Both the position numbers and the translations under genes were made by a program. The notes under the pieces are model-generated. The model was not told the DNA's origin. It worked only from the letters and a program-made list of their open reading frames with translations, and did not search any database. Shown here piece by piece: positions 8,368-17,094 of a stretch of 64,000 bases of DNA. The number at the start of each line of letters is the position of its first letter. Position 1 is the stretch's first letter. Source of the DNA: Rubrobacteraceae bacterium (lineage in GTDB: Bacteria; Actinomycetota; Rubrobacteria; Rubrobacterales; Rubrobacteraceae); contig CBDCNI010000001.1 in the NCBI GenBank assembly GCA_965219175.1, positions 94,026 through 158,025 on the forward strand, given 5' to 3'.

Positions 8368-8969
8368 GAGCCCACCTTTTCATCCGGGTCTTCGCAGGCG
8401 TAGAGAAAGGCGGGCGGCACGTTGAGCGGCGAGATGCGCCGTCGTATCCAGGAGAATCTGCGGCACAGGTACGGCAGGACTCTGGGCGAGTACTGGAGAA
8501 CCAGCATCACGCCTTCCGGAGAGAGGACCCGACGCGAGAGGTCCATTATGCTCTCCCTGAGCGGAGCCGGGAGGGTGGTGAAGGGCAGGCTGGAGACGAT
8601 CACATCGGCCTTCTCATCCTCCAGATACGCTTCGGCGTTCTCGGCCGAGTCGTTTATTACTCGCAGGCGCGGGTCCCGGAGCTTTCGTGAGACCGCCGAG
8701 GCTAGCTTCGAGTCTATCTCGAAAGCCAGGAAGGTTGCCTCCGGGCCGAGCCGGTCGAGTATCTCCTTCGTATATACGCCCGTGCCGACCCCGAACTCGA
8801 GGACAGTGTGGGCCGCCGCTAAATTACCCATGTCCAGCAGGTCCCTCACCGCCCGCCGCGAAGTCGGCCACACGGCCCTGACCTGACGGGGCTGCGCTAG
8901 CATCGAGCGCATGAACAGCACCCGTCGCCTCAGGCTCTCATTTAATCCGCTTCCGCTAGTATCCGGCAA
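8364..8969 (-). CDS. class I SAM-dependent methyltransferase, phospholipid N-methyltransferase-like
   Basis: SAM motif I VLEFGVGTGVYT. The N-terminal region (MLAQPRQVRAVWPTSRRAVRDLL) resembles the COG3963 / Rhodobacter-type PmtA family. It overlaps the psd start by 4 nt. Confidence 0.6.
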   Translation of the reverse strand: MPDTSGSGLNESLRRRVLFMRSMLAQPRQVRAVWPTSRRAVRDLLDMGNLAAAHTVLEFGVGTGVYTKEILDRLGPEATFLAFEIDSKLASAVSRKLRDPRLRVINDSAENAEAYLEDEKADVIVSSLPFTTLPAPLRESIMDLSRRVLSPEGVMLVLQYSPRVLPYLCRRFSWIRRRISPLNVPPAFLYACEDPDEKVGS

Positions 8970-9159
8970 GTAGCTCTCCTCATGAAATAATCGTGCCCCA
9001 AATCAAACCCGGAGACGGTTGTCGAGATTGCCGTTCCGGAACGCTGGTACAATCCCACCCGGCGTCCAGACCAGTAGCGAACTCGCACAAACGGTATCAC
9101 AACGGCGCAAGTGTAACCTTTCGCTGTCCGTCAGCACATCTGCCCATATAATTTTTACT

Positions 9160-10617
9160 ATGCTTTTCAGACTACCGTTCAGACGAAGAAGCGTGCCTAT
9201 TAAGCTTGGTGGGAACGCGGTGGTCATCGGCGCGGGCATGTCCGGGCTGCTCTCGGCGCGGGTGCTGGCGGAGTGCTTCGAGAAGGTGGCGGTCCTGGAT
9301 CGCGACCGGTTACCCGAGGACCCAGCGCCCCGGAGGGGCGTGCCCCAGGCCCGGCACTTGCACAGCCTGGCGGTGCGAGGCTCGGAGCTTCTGGAGGATT
9401 TCTTCCCCGGCCTGGACAGAGAGCTCGCCGACGCCGGGTGTCCCGCCGTGGATCAAGCACGGGACACAGTGACCGAAGTGCCTTCGGGACGGTTCCCCAG
9501 GTTCGATTCCGCCATCGTGATGCGGGCCGTGAGCCGGGACCTGTTGGAGTGGCGGATACGGCGCCGGCTCTCCGGAGACCCGCGGATACGCTTCGTCCCG
9601 AACCGCGAGGTGACCGGGCTCCTCTACGATAAGTCTTCGGGAAGAGCCACGGGCGTCTCTACCCGCGTCCGGGGCGGCGAGGGTCTAGAAGACTTCGCGG
9701 CGGAACTCATCGTGGACGCCTCCGGCCAGAGCTCCAGGACACCCCGGTGGCTGACGGAGCTTGGCCTGAAGGCCCCGCGCGAGACGGTCGTGGACGCCGG
9801 CCTCGGCTACGCCACGCGCTGGTACCAGGTGCCGGAGGAGTTCGAAGGGGACTGGAAGAGTCTGGCCGTCTTGCCGGAGTGGCCGGAAGAGCTGCGGGGC
9901 GGGTCCCTCCGCAGGGTAGAAGGAGACCGGTGGACGGCGGTCCTGGTCGGTATCGGCGAGAGAGACCAGCCGCCGACGGAGCCCGAAGCTTTTCTGGAGT
10001 TCGCCCGCAGCCTGCCGAGCCCGATCATAGCGGATGCTATAGAGAAGGCGGAGCCGATCTCCCCGGTCTACGGCTACCGGCGCACGGCCAACCGCCGCCG
10101 CCACTACGAGAAACTAGCCGGCATGCCCGAGAACCTGCTGGTCACCGGTGACGCCGCATGCGTCATGAACCCATCCTACGGCCAGGGCATGACCCTCGCG
10201 GCCCTCTGCGCTAAGGCCCTCGAAGGGAGTCTCTGGGGAGGCCGGCGCGACTTAGCCGATCTCAGCAGGGAGTTTCACCGGCAACAGGCAAAGGCCGTGG
10301 CCCCGAGCTGGACGACGACAGCGGGTAGCGACTCCCAGTGGGCGGCCGGAAGCCCGGAGGAGTTGGGATCCCTCAGAAGGTTCCTGCACCTTATCTCCGA
10401 GGAGGTCTTCCGGATGGCGGTCCGGGAGCCTAGGGTAGCCCGAACCCTGCTGGAGGTAAAAAACCTGGTCAAGCCTCCCCGCTCGCTGCTGCGTCCGGGC
10501 ATCCTATTACCAGCGCTCCGCCGGACGCTCGCCGGTACTCGGAGTCTTGCGGGCTCCAAGGCCTCTCTACACAAAACAGGCGGCCCAAAAACTTCTCTGC
10601 CAAACGGAGATCGATAG
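9160..10617 (+). CDS. FAD-dependent oxidoreductase/monooxygenase
   Basis: Rossmann dinucleotide motif VVIGAGMSGLLSARVLAE...VAVLDRD near the ATG at 9160. The upstream 47 codons of the ORF-track version look non-coding. Confidence 0.75.
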   Translation: MLFRLPFRRRSVPIKLGGNAVVIGAGMSGLLSARVLAECFEKVAVLDRDRLPEDPAPRRGVPQARHLHSLAVRGSELLEDFFPGLDRELADAGCPAVDQARDTVTEVPSGRFPRFDSAIVMRAVSRDLLEWRIRRRLSGDPRIRFVPNREVTGLLYDKSSGRATGVSTRVRGGEGLEDFAAELIVDASGQSSRTPRWLTELGLKAPRETVVDAGLGYATRWYQVPEEFEGDWKSLAVLPEWPEELRGGSLRRVEGDRWTAVLVGIGERDQPPTEPEAFLEFARSLPSPIIADAIEKAEPISPVYGYRRTANRRRHYEKLAGMPENLLVTGDAACVMNPSYGQGMTLAALCAKALEGSLWGGRRDLADLSREFHRQQAKAVAPSWTTTAGSDSQWAAGSPEELGSLRRFLHLISEEVFRMAVREPRVARTLLEVKNLVKPPRSLLRPGILLPALRRTLAGTRSLAGSKASLHKTGGPKTSLPNGDR

Positions 10618-10781
10618 CCGGTCCGGTGGATTACACCCGCTGTAAATAAGGGTTCGGGTGTCCACGTATAGGGTACGCTGAGGCTCTCTTAACAGCCGGG
10701 CGAGGTTTGCGAAAAGCCTCATAGTGGGAAGTATTTCAGGACAGTAGTACTCGAACTCGTCGAAACTATATAGGGAGGCCC

Positions 10782-11294
10782 ATGTTCTTTGACAGTTGGA
10801 CGTCGTTGGGGCGGACGGCGGTCGTGGGCATCCTCGCCTACATCGCGCTGGTGTTTTTGCTCCGAATCTCGGGGAAGCGCACGCTCTCGAAGATGAATGC
10901 ATTCGACTTGATCGTCACGGTAGCACTGGGTTCCACGCTGGCGACCGTCTTCCTCTCGTCGACCGTCCCTCTCGTCCGCGGTGTGCTGGCGTTCGCGCTC
11001 CTGATCCTATTCCAGTACACCATCACCTGGCTCTCGGTCCGCTCCCCGGAGTTCCGTCGGCTCGTCAAAGCGGAACCGACCCTCCTCTTCCACCAGGGAG
11101 AGTTCTTGAAGGGAGCCATGAAGCAGCAGCGCGTAACCGAGGAAGAAGTCCGGTCTTCTCTACGCACCCAGGGCGTCGCGGGCATGGAGAGCGTCGAAGC
11201 CGTGGTCCTGGAATCAGACAGCGGTTTCAGCGTGGTGATGAAGCCGGCCAACGGCCAAAAGTCCTCCCTGATCGACGTCATGGGCCGAAACTAA
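10782..11294 (+). CDS. DUF421 (YetF-like) membrane protein
   Basis: N-terminal TM helices with RISGKRTLSKMNAFDLIVTVALGS and a C-terminal soluble domain, typical of YetF/DUF421. Confidence 0.8.
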   Translation: MFFDSWTSLGRTAVVGILAYIALVFLLRISGKRTLSKMNAFDLIVTVALGSTLATVFLSSTVPLVRGVLAFALLILFQYTITWLSVRSPEFRRLVKAEPTLLFHQGEFLKGAMKQQRVTEEEVRSSLRTQGVAGMESVEAVVLESDSGFSVVMKPANGQKSSLIDVMGRN

Positions 11295-11415
11295 CGCCCA
11301 CCTCTCTCCGCAGATCCGCTGCGTGTTGCAAAAAACATCCAACTCAAGTAATGTACACGCTCAGATGAATACATGGTCCGCGGATAAGCGGACCCTTACG
11401 TGGAGGGGGATCTTC

Positions 11416-11802
11416 ATGGAGAGACAGGGAGTGAGCGGGGCCGTGGTATCCGGTAGAGTTGGAAGGGCCGTGAAACTCGCCCTTGTAGCCTTGCTAGTGG
11501 CGTCGAGCCTGACGCTCGCGACGCCGAGAGACGCGCAGGCGATGGCGGACAGCGACGGCTACGTGCCGGTTACCTACGGCTGCTTCGCCGGCGGCGAGGC
11601 CGGTTTGTACAGTTGGTACTTCGACGGCTACACCACCTACGGCGCCATCACGATCAACCAATGCGCCCTACAAAGGCTGGGCGCGGGCATACAAGACTTC
11701 GCGAGGGTCCTGGCCCACGAAGAAGGCCACGCCGCCGGGCTTCCGCACAGCCTGGATCCAACAAGCATCATGTATCCTTATCTCCTGCTGACAGGCCATT
11801 AG
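11416..11802 (+). CDS. very small secreted matrixin-like zinc metalloprotease
   Basis: ATG at 11416 after GGAGGGGGA. Signal peptide ending ...PRDAQA. Metzincin signature HEEGHAAGLPHS followed by a Met-turn-like SIMYP. Confidence 0.65.
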   Translation: MERQGVSGAVVSGRVGRAVKLALVALLVASSLTLATPRDAQAMADSDGYVPVTYGCFAGGEAGLYSWYFDGYTTYGAITINQCALQRLGAGIQDFARVLAHEEGHAAGLPHSLDPTSIMYPYLLLTGH

Positions 11803-11903
11803 GAGAGCGAGAAGGGAGAGGCCGACCATAAAAAGCCGTGCTCTCTCCCGTCCTCGCGTAGACTTACACCCGTAAAGACAGTCTACGCAGTGGAAGGAAC
11901 CTC

Positions 11904-12353
11904 ATGGCGAAGATGCCGGAGCAAGGACAGCAGTTCCCGGAAGTACAGTTCATAACCGAGGATGGAGACAAAGTCGAAGCCGGAGACCTCACCGGACAAC
12001 CGACCGTCCTCTACTTCTACCCGAAGGACGACACCCCAGGCTGCACCGCCGAAGCCTGCTCCTTCCGCGACCGCATGGACGACTACGAACAGGCCGGCAT
12101 AAAAGTCTACGGCGTCTCTTTAGATTCTCCAGAGTCTCACCGTCAATTCCGCGAGAAACATCACCTCAACTTCCCGCTCCTCACCGACGAAGATGGGAAA
12201 GCGTCGGAGGCGCTGGGAGTGCTAGGCGACCGAGGCTACGCAGAGCGGACCACCTTCCTACTAGCCCCTGACGGCAAAATCTCCCACGTCTACCCTGAAG
12301 TCTCACCCGAGACCCACGCCGACGAGATCCTGGAGGACGCGAAGTCTACTTGA
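11904..12353 (+). CDS. bcp: thioredoxin-dependent peroxiredoxin Bcp
   Basis: YFYPKDDTPGCTAEACSFRD active-site motif, 149 aa. Confidence 0.9.
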   Translation: MAKMPEQGQQFPEVQFITEDGDKVEAGDLTGQPTVLYFYPKDDTPGCTAEACSFRDRMDDYEQAGIKVYGVSLDSPESHRQFREKHHLNFPLLTDEDGKASEALGVLGDRGYAERTTFLLAPDGKISHVYPEVSPETHADEILEDAKST

Positions 12354-12385
12354 GAGTTCTCCGATAGTCATAGCCGATCACACTT

Positions 12386-13363
12386 CTACTTCGAGGCGTT
12401 GCCGGTTAGTGTGATCGGCTGTAGTCCGCCTTCTATCATCTCCCGGTGCTCCTCTAAAAACGGCGGAAGCGAGAGGTTTTCGCCGAGGTGCTCTACGTCT
12501 TCGTCGGTTGCGAAGCCTGGGCCGTCGGTTGCGATCTCGAACAGCACGCCGCCCGGCTCCCGGAAGTAAATAGAACGGAAGTAATACCGATCTATAACAG
12601 GTGTCGCCCCGATTCCGGCTTCCCTCAACTTCTCGCCCCAAGCCGCGTGCTCCTCGTAGTCGGGCGCGCGAAACGCTATGTGATGGACGCCCCCGATCCC
12701 GACCTGCCGGTGCAACGACAGATCCGACCGCTCCTCCAACCGAACCTCCGCCCCGGACCCACCCGGCCCGACCTCGAAGACGGCGACCCGCCTGCCATCC
12801 CTCTCGTACTCTCCTGCCGGCCGAAACCCGAGCACCTCCGTCAGCACCCGCGCCGTCGGCTCGACGCTTCTCACAGCGAGCGTTCCGGCGTGCAACCCCC
12901 GGATAGCGACCTCCGGCGGCACGGGGCTCTCCGCATACGGGGTCCCACCCGGCACTCCACCCTCTCCGCTCTCGTCCACTAGCTCAAGGCTCTGTCCTTC
13001 CGGGTCGGTAAATGAGAGCGTGGCCCGACCTCCTCTGTCCTCGATCTCCCCGTGCCCGACACCGAACTCGTCGAACCGCTCCGTCCACCAATCCAAAGCC
13101 TCGCGCCCCGGCACCCGAAACGCAGTCGCCGAGACCTTGCCGGCCGCAGGCGCATCAGGCCCAGCCCACGACCAGTCAAAGAAAGTCATCTCCGTCCCCG
13201 GACTACCCACCTCATCCCCGTAGAACAGATGGTAAGCCGAGACATCGTCCTGGTTCACGGTTTTCTTTACCAGCCGCAAACCCAGAACGTCAGTGTAGAA
13301 AGCGACGTTGCCGGAAGCGTTCCCGGTCACCGCCGTTACGTGGTGCAATCCGCCTAACTCCAT
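12386..13363 (-). CDS. VOC-family ring-cleaving dioxygenase (two glyoxalase-like domains)
   Basis: GLHHVTAVTG...FYTDVLGLRLVKKTVNQDD...YHLFYGD is repeated as GVHHIAFR in the second half. Typical of MhqO/YfiE-type dioxygenases. Confidence 0.85.
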   Translation of the reverse strand: MELGGLHHVTAVTGNASGNVAFYTDVLGLRLVKKTVNQDDVSAYHLFYGDEVGSPGTEMTFFDWSWAGPDAPAAGKVSATAFRVPGREALDWWTERFDEFGVGHGEIEDRGGRATLSFTDPEGQSLELVDESGEGGVPGGTPYAESPVPPEVAIRGLHAGTLAVRSVEPTARVLTEVLGFRPAGEYERDGRRVAVFEVGPGGSGAEVRLEERSDLSLHRQVGIGGVHHIAFRAPDYEEHAAWGEKLREAGIGATPVIDRYYFRSIYFREPGGVLFEIATDGPGFATDEDVEHLGENLSLPPFLEEHREMIEGGLQPITLTGNASK

Positions 13364-13442
13364 TGTGATTCTCCTCTCGAGCCCTCTGACAGTAACTCAT
13401 GGTTTAACATTAAACTTATACGGCGAAAAGAATTCTTCCTGT

Positions 13443-13895
13443 TCACAGCGCCCGGTCCAAGCTGCCCAGCAGCCGCATGAGTTGGGATCTTTCCGAGGTA
13501 GAGAGGGACGAGAACTGTTCCGCCACCAGCGCCTCGTGAACGGGGACGACTTCCTCGAACAACCGCCGTCCCTCGTCCGTGAGGAAGAGGCGGTTGGCCC
13601 GTCCGTCCGGGCGGCGCACCAGAAGCCCGCGCTTCTGGAGGCGGTCCAACATCTGGCAGACATTTCCCTTTGTTACCAACAGCGCTTCCGCCAGTTCCTG
13701 CTGCGTCGTACCTTCGGTCCCCCCAACGCGCGCCAGTACGTCGAATTGAGCGAGGTTGAGGTCCCACCTCCTCAAATCCTCCGTCAGAGTCCGGCTCACC
13801 TTCTGCTCCACCCGCAACAGCCGCAACCACGCAACCACCGACGCTTCTCTCAAACTGCCGCTTCCAACACCTTCACGCTGATCTATCATGGACAA
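13443..13895 (-). CDS. MarR family transcriptional regulator
   Basis: Winged-helix region LAQFDVLARVGG...TQQELAEALLVTKGNVCQMLDRLQKRGLLVRRPDGRANRLFLT. Confidence 0.85.
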   Translation of the reverse strand: MSMIDQREGVGSGSLREASVVAWLRLLRVEQKVSRTLTEDLRRWDLNLAQFDVLARVGGTEGTTQQELAEALLVTKGNVCQMLDRLQKRGLLVRRPDGRANRLFLTDEGRRLFEEVVPVHEALVAEQFSSLSTSERSQLMRLLGSLDRAL

Positions 13896-13952
13896 TAGTT
13901 TAGTCCTAAACTATGAAGTCGTCAAGGGAAGTGCGGGCGGTGTTTGGCTGGT

Positions 13953-15071
13953 TCAGGAGCCGACGAGGCGGGTCAGGCGGAGGTGTACGCCTTCGTCTTC
14001 GTCGGTGACGTAGAAAAAGCGGTCGTCGTCGGTTATGGCTATGCCTTCGACGCGCGGCAGTTCTGGGAACTCGCGGACGACCTCGGCTCTGATCGGTTCG
14101 GAGTGTTCGCCGTCCGGCGCTTCGGGGAGTTGGCATTGGAAATGGGTGGCTACGGTGTCGCGGCCGCCGGGGTAGTCCTGGAGCAAGACGCTGCCTTTGT
14201 CGCGGCTGTCTATGTTTCCGGTGACGAGGTGTAGCTTTTCGTCGTCGGGGCCGCCGGTGATGACGAGGTCCCGAACGCCGGCGATGCTGCCGTTCTCGCC
14301 TACGGCGTCGACCACCCGGAAGCCGAAGACTTCGGGGAGTTGCTCATTGGAATCGAAGAGGCTTTCGATGCCGCCCAGTTCCACGAGGAGCGGGTAGCCG
14401 TCGGCGGAGACGGGGAAGCGGAGGCCGAGGAGGAGTGTGCCGTCGGCTCGGAAGGCGGCGCCCTCGATGTTGAGCGGGTAGTCGTCTTCGTGAACGAGAC
14501 CTTTCCACTTCTTGTCCTTCTCTTCGCCGCGCTCCATCGTCTGATCTATAAACGCTTCGCGGGAGCGTTCGCCGAGCGGCATCAGGGGAGGTCCGTCGGA
14601 CTTGAGAGCGTCGTTGACGAGGCGATGTAAGACGAAGCTCTTGCGCGAAATATCCATCTCGACGGCCGGGTCCTCGAAGGCGTGGCGCACGTCGGCTTCC
14701 CGGAAGCGGGCGACGAATCCTCTCTTCGGCTGAAGCGGTCCGTCCTTGCTCCCGAAGTGAGAGCCGAAAGCGTATACCCACTCCCCGTTGCGGGTGATGG
14801 ATTCGGCGTCCTCGGTCTTGCCGTCGTCTCCGGTAGGTTCGGCGCGGAAGCGGTCGATCTCCCATCCCTCTTCCATCTCCGAGCCGCGCTGGTGTCCGAT
14901 GGCGGCGACGCAGTCCTCGATCCGGTCGTCGTCCAACACCACCCAGAACCCGATATCCCACCCGTGCGACTCCAGCAACGCCTCGTTCCGGATGGACAGG
15001 AGCCCCGAAGCCTCGTTCGGATCCAGGTTGAACTCTAGCTTTCGAAGCTCTTCGCTCTTGCCGCCCGTCAC
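13953..15071 (-). CDS. hypothetical protein, DUF3616-like
   Basis: 372 aa of coding-like composition. NIEGAAFRADGTLLLGLRFP and VEGIAITDDDRFFYVTDED resemble the DUF3616 family. The family call is tentative. Confidence 0.5.
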   Translation of the reverse strand: MTGGKSEELRKLEFNLDPNEASGLLSIRNEALLESHGWDIGFWVVLDDDRIEDCVAAIGHQRGSEMEEGWEIDRFRAEPTGDDGKTEDAESITRNGEWVYAFGSHFGSKDGPLQPKRGFVARFREADVRHAFEDPAVEMDISRKSFVLHRLVNDALKSDGPPLMPLGERSREAFIDQTMERGEEKDKKWKGLVHEDDYPLNIEGAAFRADGTLLLGLRFPVSADGYPLLVELGGIESLFDSNEQLPEVFGFRVVDAVGENGSIAGVRDLVITGGPDDEKLHLVTGNIDSRDKGSVLLQDYPGGRDTVATHFQCQLPEAPDGEHSEPIRAEVVREFPELPRVEGIAITDDDRFFYVTDEDEGVHLRLTRLVGS

Positions 15072-15183
15072 ACCGTACCTCCTGTAGCTACCCGAAGTAT
15101 CAGCATATCATCGCCCGGCCGGACTCCCCGCTTCTGTATACTCAAGATTCGGGTGTCGGTAGCTTCGGGAAAGGAGAAACGGA

Positions 15184-15693
15184 ATGAGACCGGAAGAATT
15201 GAGCCGGCAGTTGCGTCGCGGCACGGATAGATATCTGAAGAGGCGGCGTGAGGTCGTCGGGCTCTCGCTCGCGGCGGCAGGTTCCCTCGGGCTCGTTACC
15301 CTGTACCAGATCGGCCTGATCCCACACGTCCCGGAACCGCCCCTACCCTTCCTCGACGCCGACACTGTAGACGCCGCCCCCGAAGCATACGCCAGACTCT
15401 CGATGCCCGACGGCGTCCTCGGCATCGGAAACCACACCCTCACGATGGCCCTGGCGGCGGCCGGCGGCGAGGACCGGGCAACCGAGCATCCCTGGCTCCC
15501 CCTGGCACTGGTCGCCAAAGTCGCGTTCGACGCTTTCGTGGCCTACGAAACGACGGTGGAGCAGTGGGAGGAGCACCGGGCGTTCTGCCTGTGGTGCCTC
15601 CTCTCAGCCGGCGCGAGCGTCGTAACCGTCCCGCTCGTGCTCCCCGAGACTGGTGCCGCGCTGCGCGAGGTCTTGCGGCGGGTATCGAGTTAG
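15184..15693 (+). CDS. membrane protein, vitamin K epoxide reductase (VKOR)-like
   Basis: Several TM segments and a membrane-embedded CxxC (AFCLWCLLSAG). The loop cysteine pair of canonical VKOR is not seen. Confidence 0.45.
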   Translation: MRPEELSRQLRRGTDRYLKRRREVVGLSLAAAGSLGLVTLYQIGLIPHVPEPPLPFLDADTVDAAPEAYARLSMPDGVLGIGNHTLTMALAAAGGEDRATEHPWLPLALVAKVAFDAFVAYETTVEQWEEHRAFCLWCLLSAGASVVTVPLVLPETGAALREVLRRVSS

Positions 15694-15729
15694 TGGGGAC
15701 TTCAAGCCAGGAGGAGCGGAGAGTTTAGA

Positions 15730-16647
15730 ATGACGATACCGAATCATCAGACGGTCATGCTTCCGCTGCTAGACTTCCTTTCCGATGGAGAGGAGCATCA
15801 CCTTCGCCAAGCGGTCGGAGCCTTGGCCGATCACTTCGGTTTGAGTAAAGAGGAACGTCTGGATCTCCTGCCGAGCGGCAGGTACCCGACCTTCAACAAC
15901 CGGATTGGTTGGGCTGGAACTTATATGAAAGAGGCCGGCCTTATCGAGAGGCCGCGTCGCGGGTATATGAAGATTACAGACCGCGGGCTTTCAGTGCTAC
16001 GGGACCGCACGGCGTCCATAGATACAAAGTTCTTGGAACGTTTCCCGGAGTTTGTCTCGTTCCGCGAAAAGAGCGGAAAACCACCCAAGCCGAAATCGCC
16101 GAAAGATAATGAGAATTTCATCGGCGAGCAGACACCGCCGGAAGCGATCGAAGCGGCCTATCAAGCCATACGCGGCAGCCTAGCTACTGAACTGCTAGAG
16201 CAGATCAAGCGTTCTTCACCCGCTTTCTTCGAGAAGTTGGTTGTCGAAGTGCTGGTGAAGATGGGATACGGCGGTACGAGAAAGGACGCGGGCGAAGTCC
16301 TCGGTAAAAGCGGCGACGAAGGGCTAGACGGCGTTATCAACGAGGATCGGCTTGGCCTGGACGTGATCTACATCCAAGCCAAACGCTGGGAAGGGACGGT
16401 GAGTCGGCCGGAGATCCAAAAGTTCGTCGGCGCTCTTTTGGGTAGAAAGGCGAGAAAAGGTGTCTTCATAACCACTTCGGATTTCTCGAAGCAAGCAAGA
16501 GACTACGCATCCGCCATAGAGAGCAGCGTTGTTTTAATAGACGGCGATACCCTCGCAGGGATGATGATCGACTACGATGTGGGTACTGCGGTCGAGTCAT
16601 CATACGAGATCAAACGCATAGACTCAGACTATTTCGACGAAGCCTGA
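15730..16647 (+). CDS. mrr: Mrr-type restriction endonuclease (type IV)
   Basis: N-terminal Mrr winged-helix region (QTVMLPLLDFLSDG...YPTFNNRIGWAGTYMKEAGLI). C-terminal PD-(D/E)xK core (GDEGLDGVINEDRLGLDVIYIQAKRW). Sampled GC is lower (32/60 at 16001-16060). Confidence 0.85.
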   Translation: MTIPNHQTVMLPLLDFLSDGEEHHLRQAVGALADHFGLSKEERLDLLPSGRYPTFNNRIGWAGTYMKEAGLIERPRRGYMKITDRGLSVLRDRTASIDTKFLERFPEFVSFREKSGKPPKPKSPKDNENFIGEQTPPEAIEAAYQAIRGSLATELLEQIKRSSPAFFEKLVVEVLVKMGYGGTRKDAGEVLGKSGDEGLDGVINEDRLGLDVIYIQAKRWEGTVSRPEIQKFVGALLGRKARKGVFITTSDFSKQARDYASAIESSVVLIDGDTLAGMMIDYDVGTAVESSYEIKRIDSDYFDEA

Positions 16648-16679
16648 ACCTCTCGGTAGAAAGAACGGCAGAGTAACTA

Positions 16680-17033
16680 TTAACGTCCCTCATCCGCTGC
16701 CGTCTCCACATCCTCGACGAGAACGCGGCCATCAGAGCCGGTGCCTTTCACGCTTGAGAGATCCACGCTGAGATCCTTCGCCCGCCTCTGCGCCGCTTCC
16801 GTGACCTCCGTATCTTCTTCGTCTGCGGCGTCCGGTGTAGGGTCCACCGGATCGGCGGAAGCGTCGTCCTGCTTGGCGAGACGCCCTTCGAGGGCGCTCA
16901 GTATCTCTCCGCTCACCCAGGCTTGATTTTGGCGCATCTCACCGATGGTCTCGGTGAGCTTCTCGTTCTGCTTCCTTAGCTTCTTTACCTCTTTGGTCAG
17001 GTTCTTTACGGCTTTATCCGTCTTCTTAGCCAC
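16680..17033 (-). CDS. small protein with coiled-coil N-terminus and E3-binding (peripheral subunit-binding) domain
   Basis: C-terminal AAQRRAKDLSVDLSSVKGTGSDGRVLVEDV matches the PSBD of 2-oxoacid dehydrogenase E2 proteins. No lipoyl or catalytic domain is present. Confidence 0.6.
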   Translation of the reverse strand: MAKKTDKAVKNLTKEVKKLRKQNEKLTETIGEMRQNQAWVSGEILSALEGRLAKQDDASADPVDPTPDAADEEDTEVTEAAQRRAKDLSVDLSSVKGTGSDGRVLVEDVETAADEGR

Positions 17034-17094
17034 GCCCGCAACCGCCTCTCACATCGACATCAACCGGAAATATGACACAACCCGGCGGCCGAGG

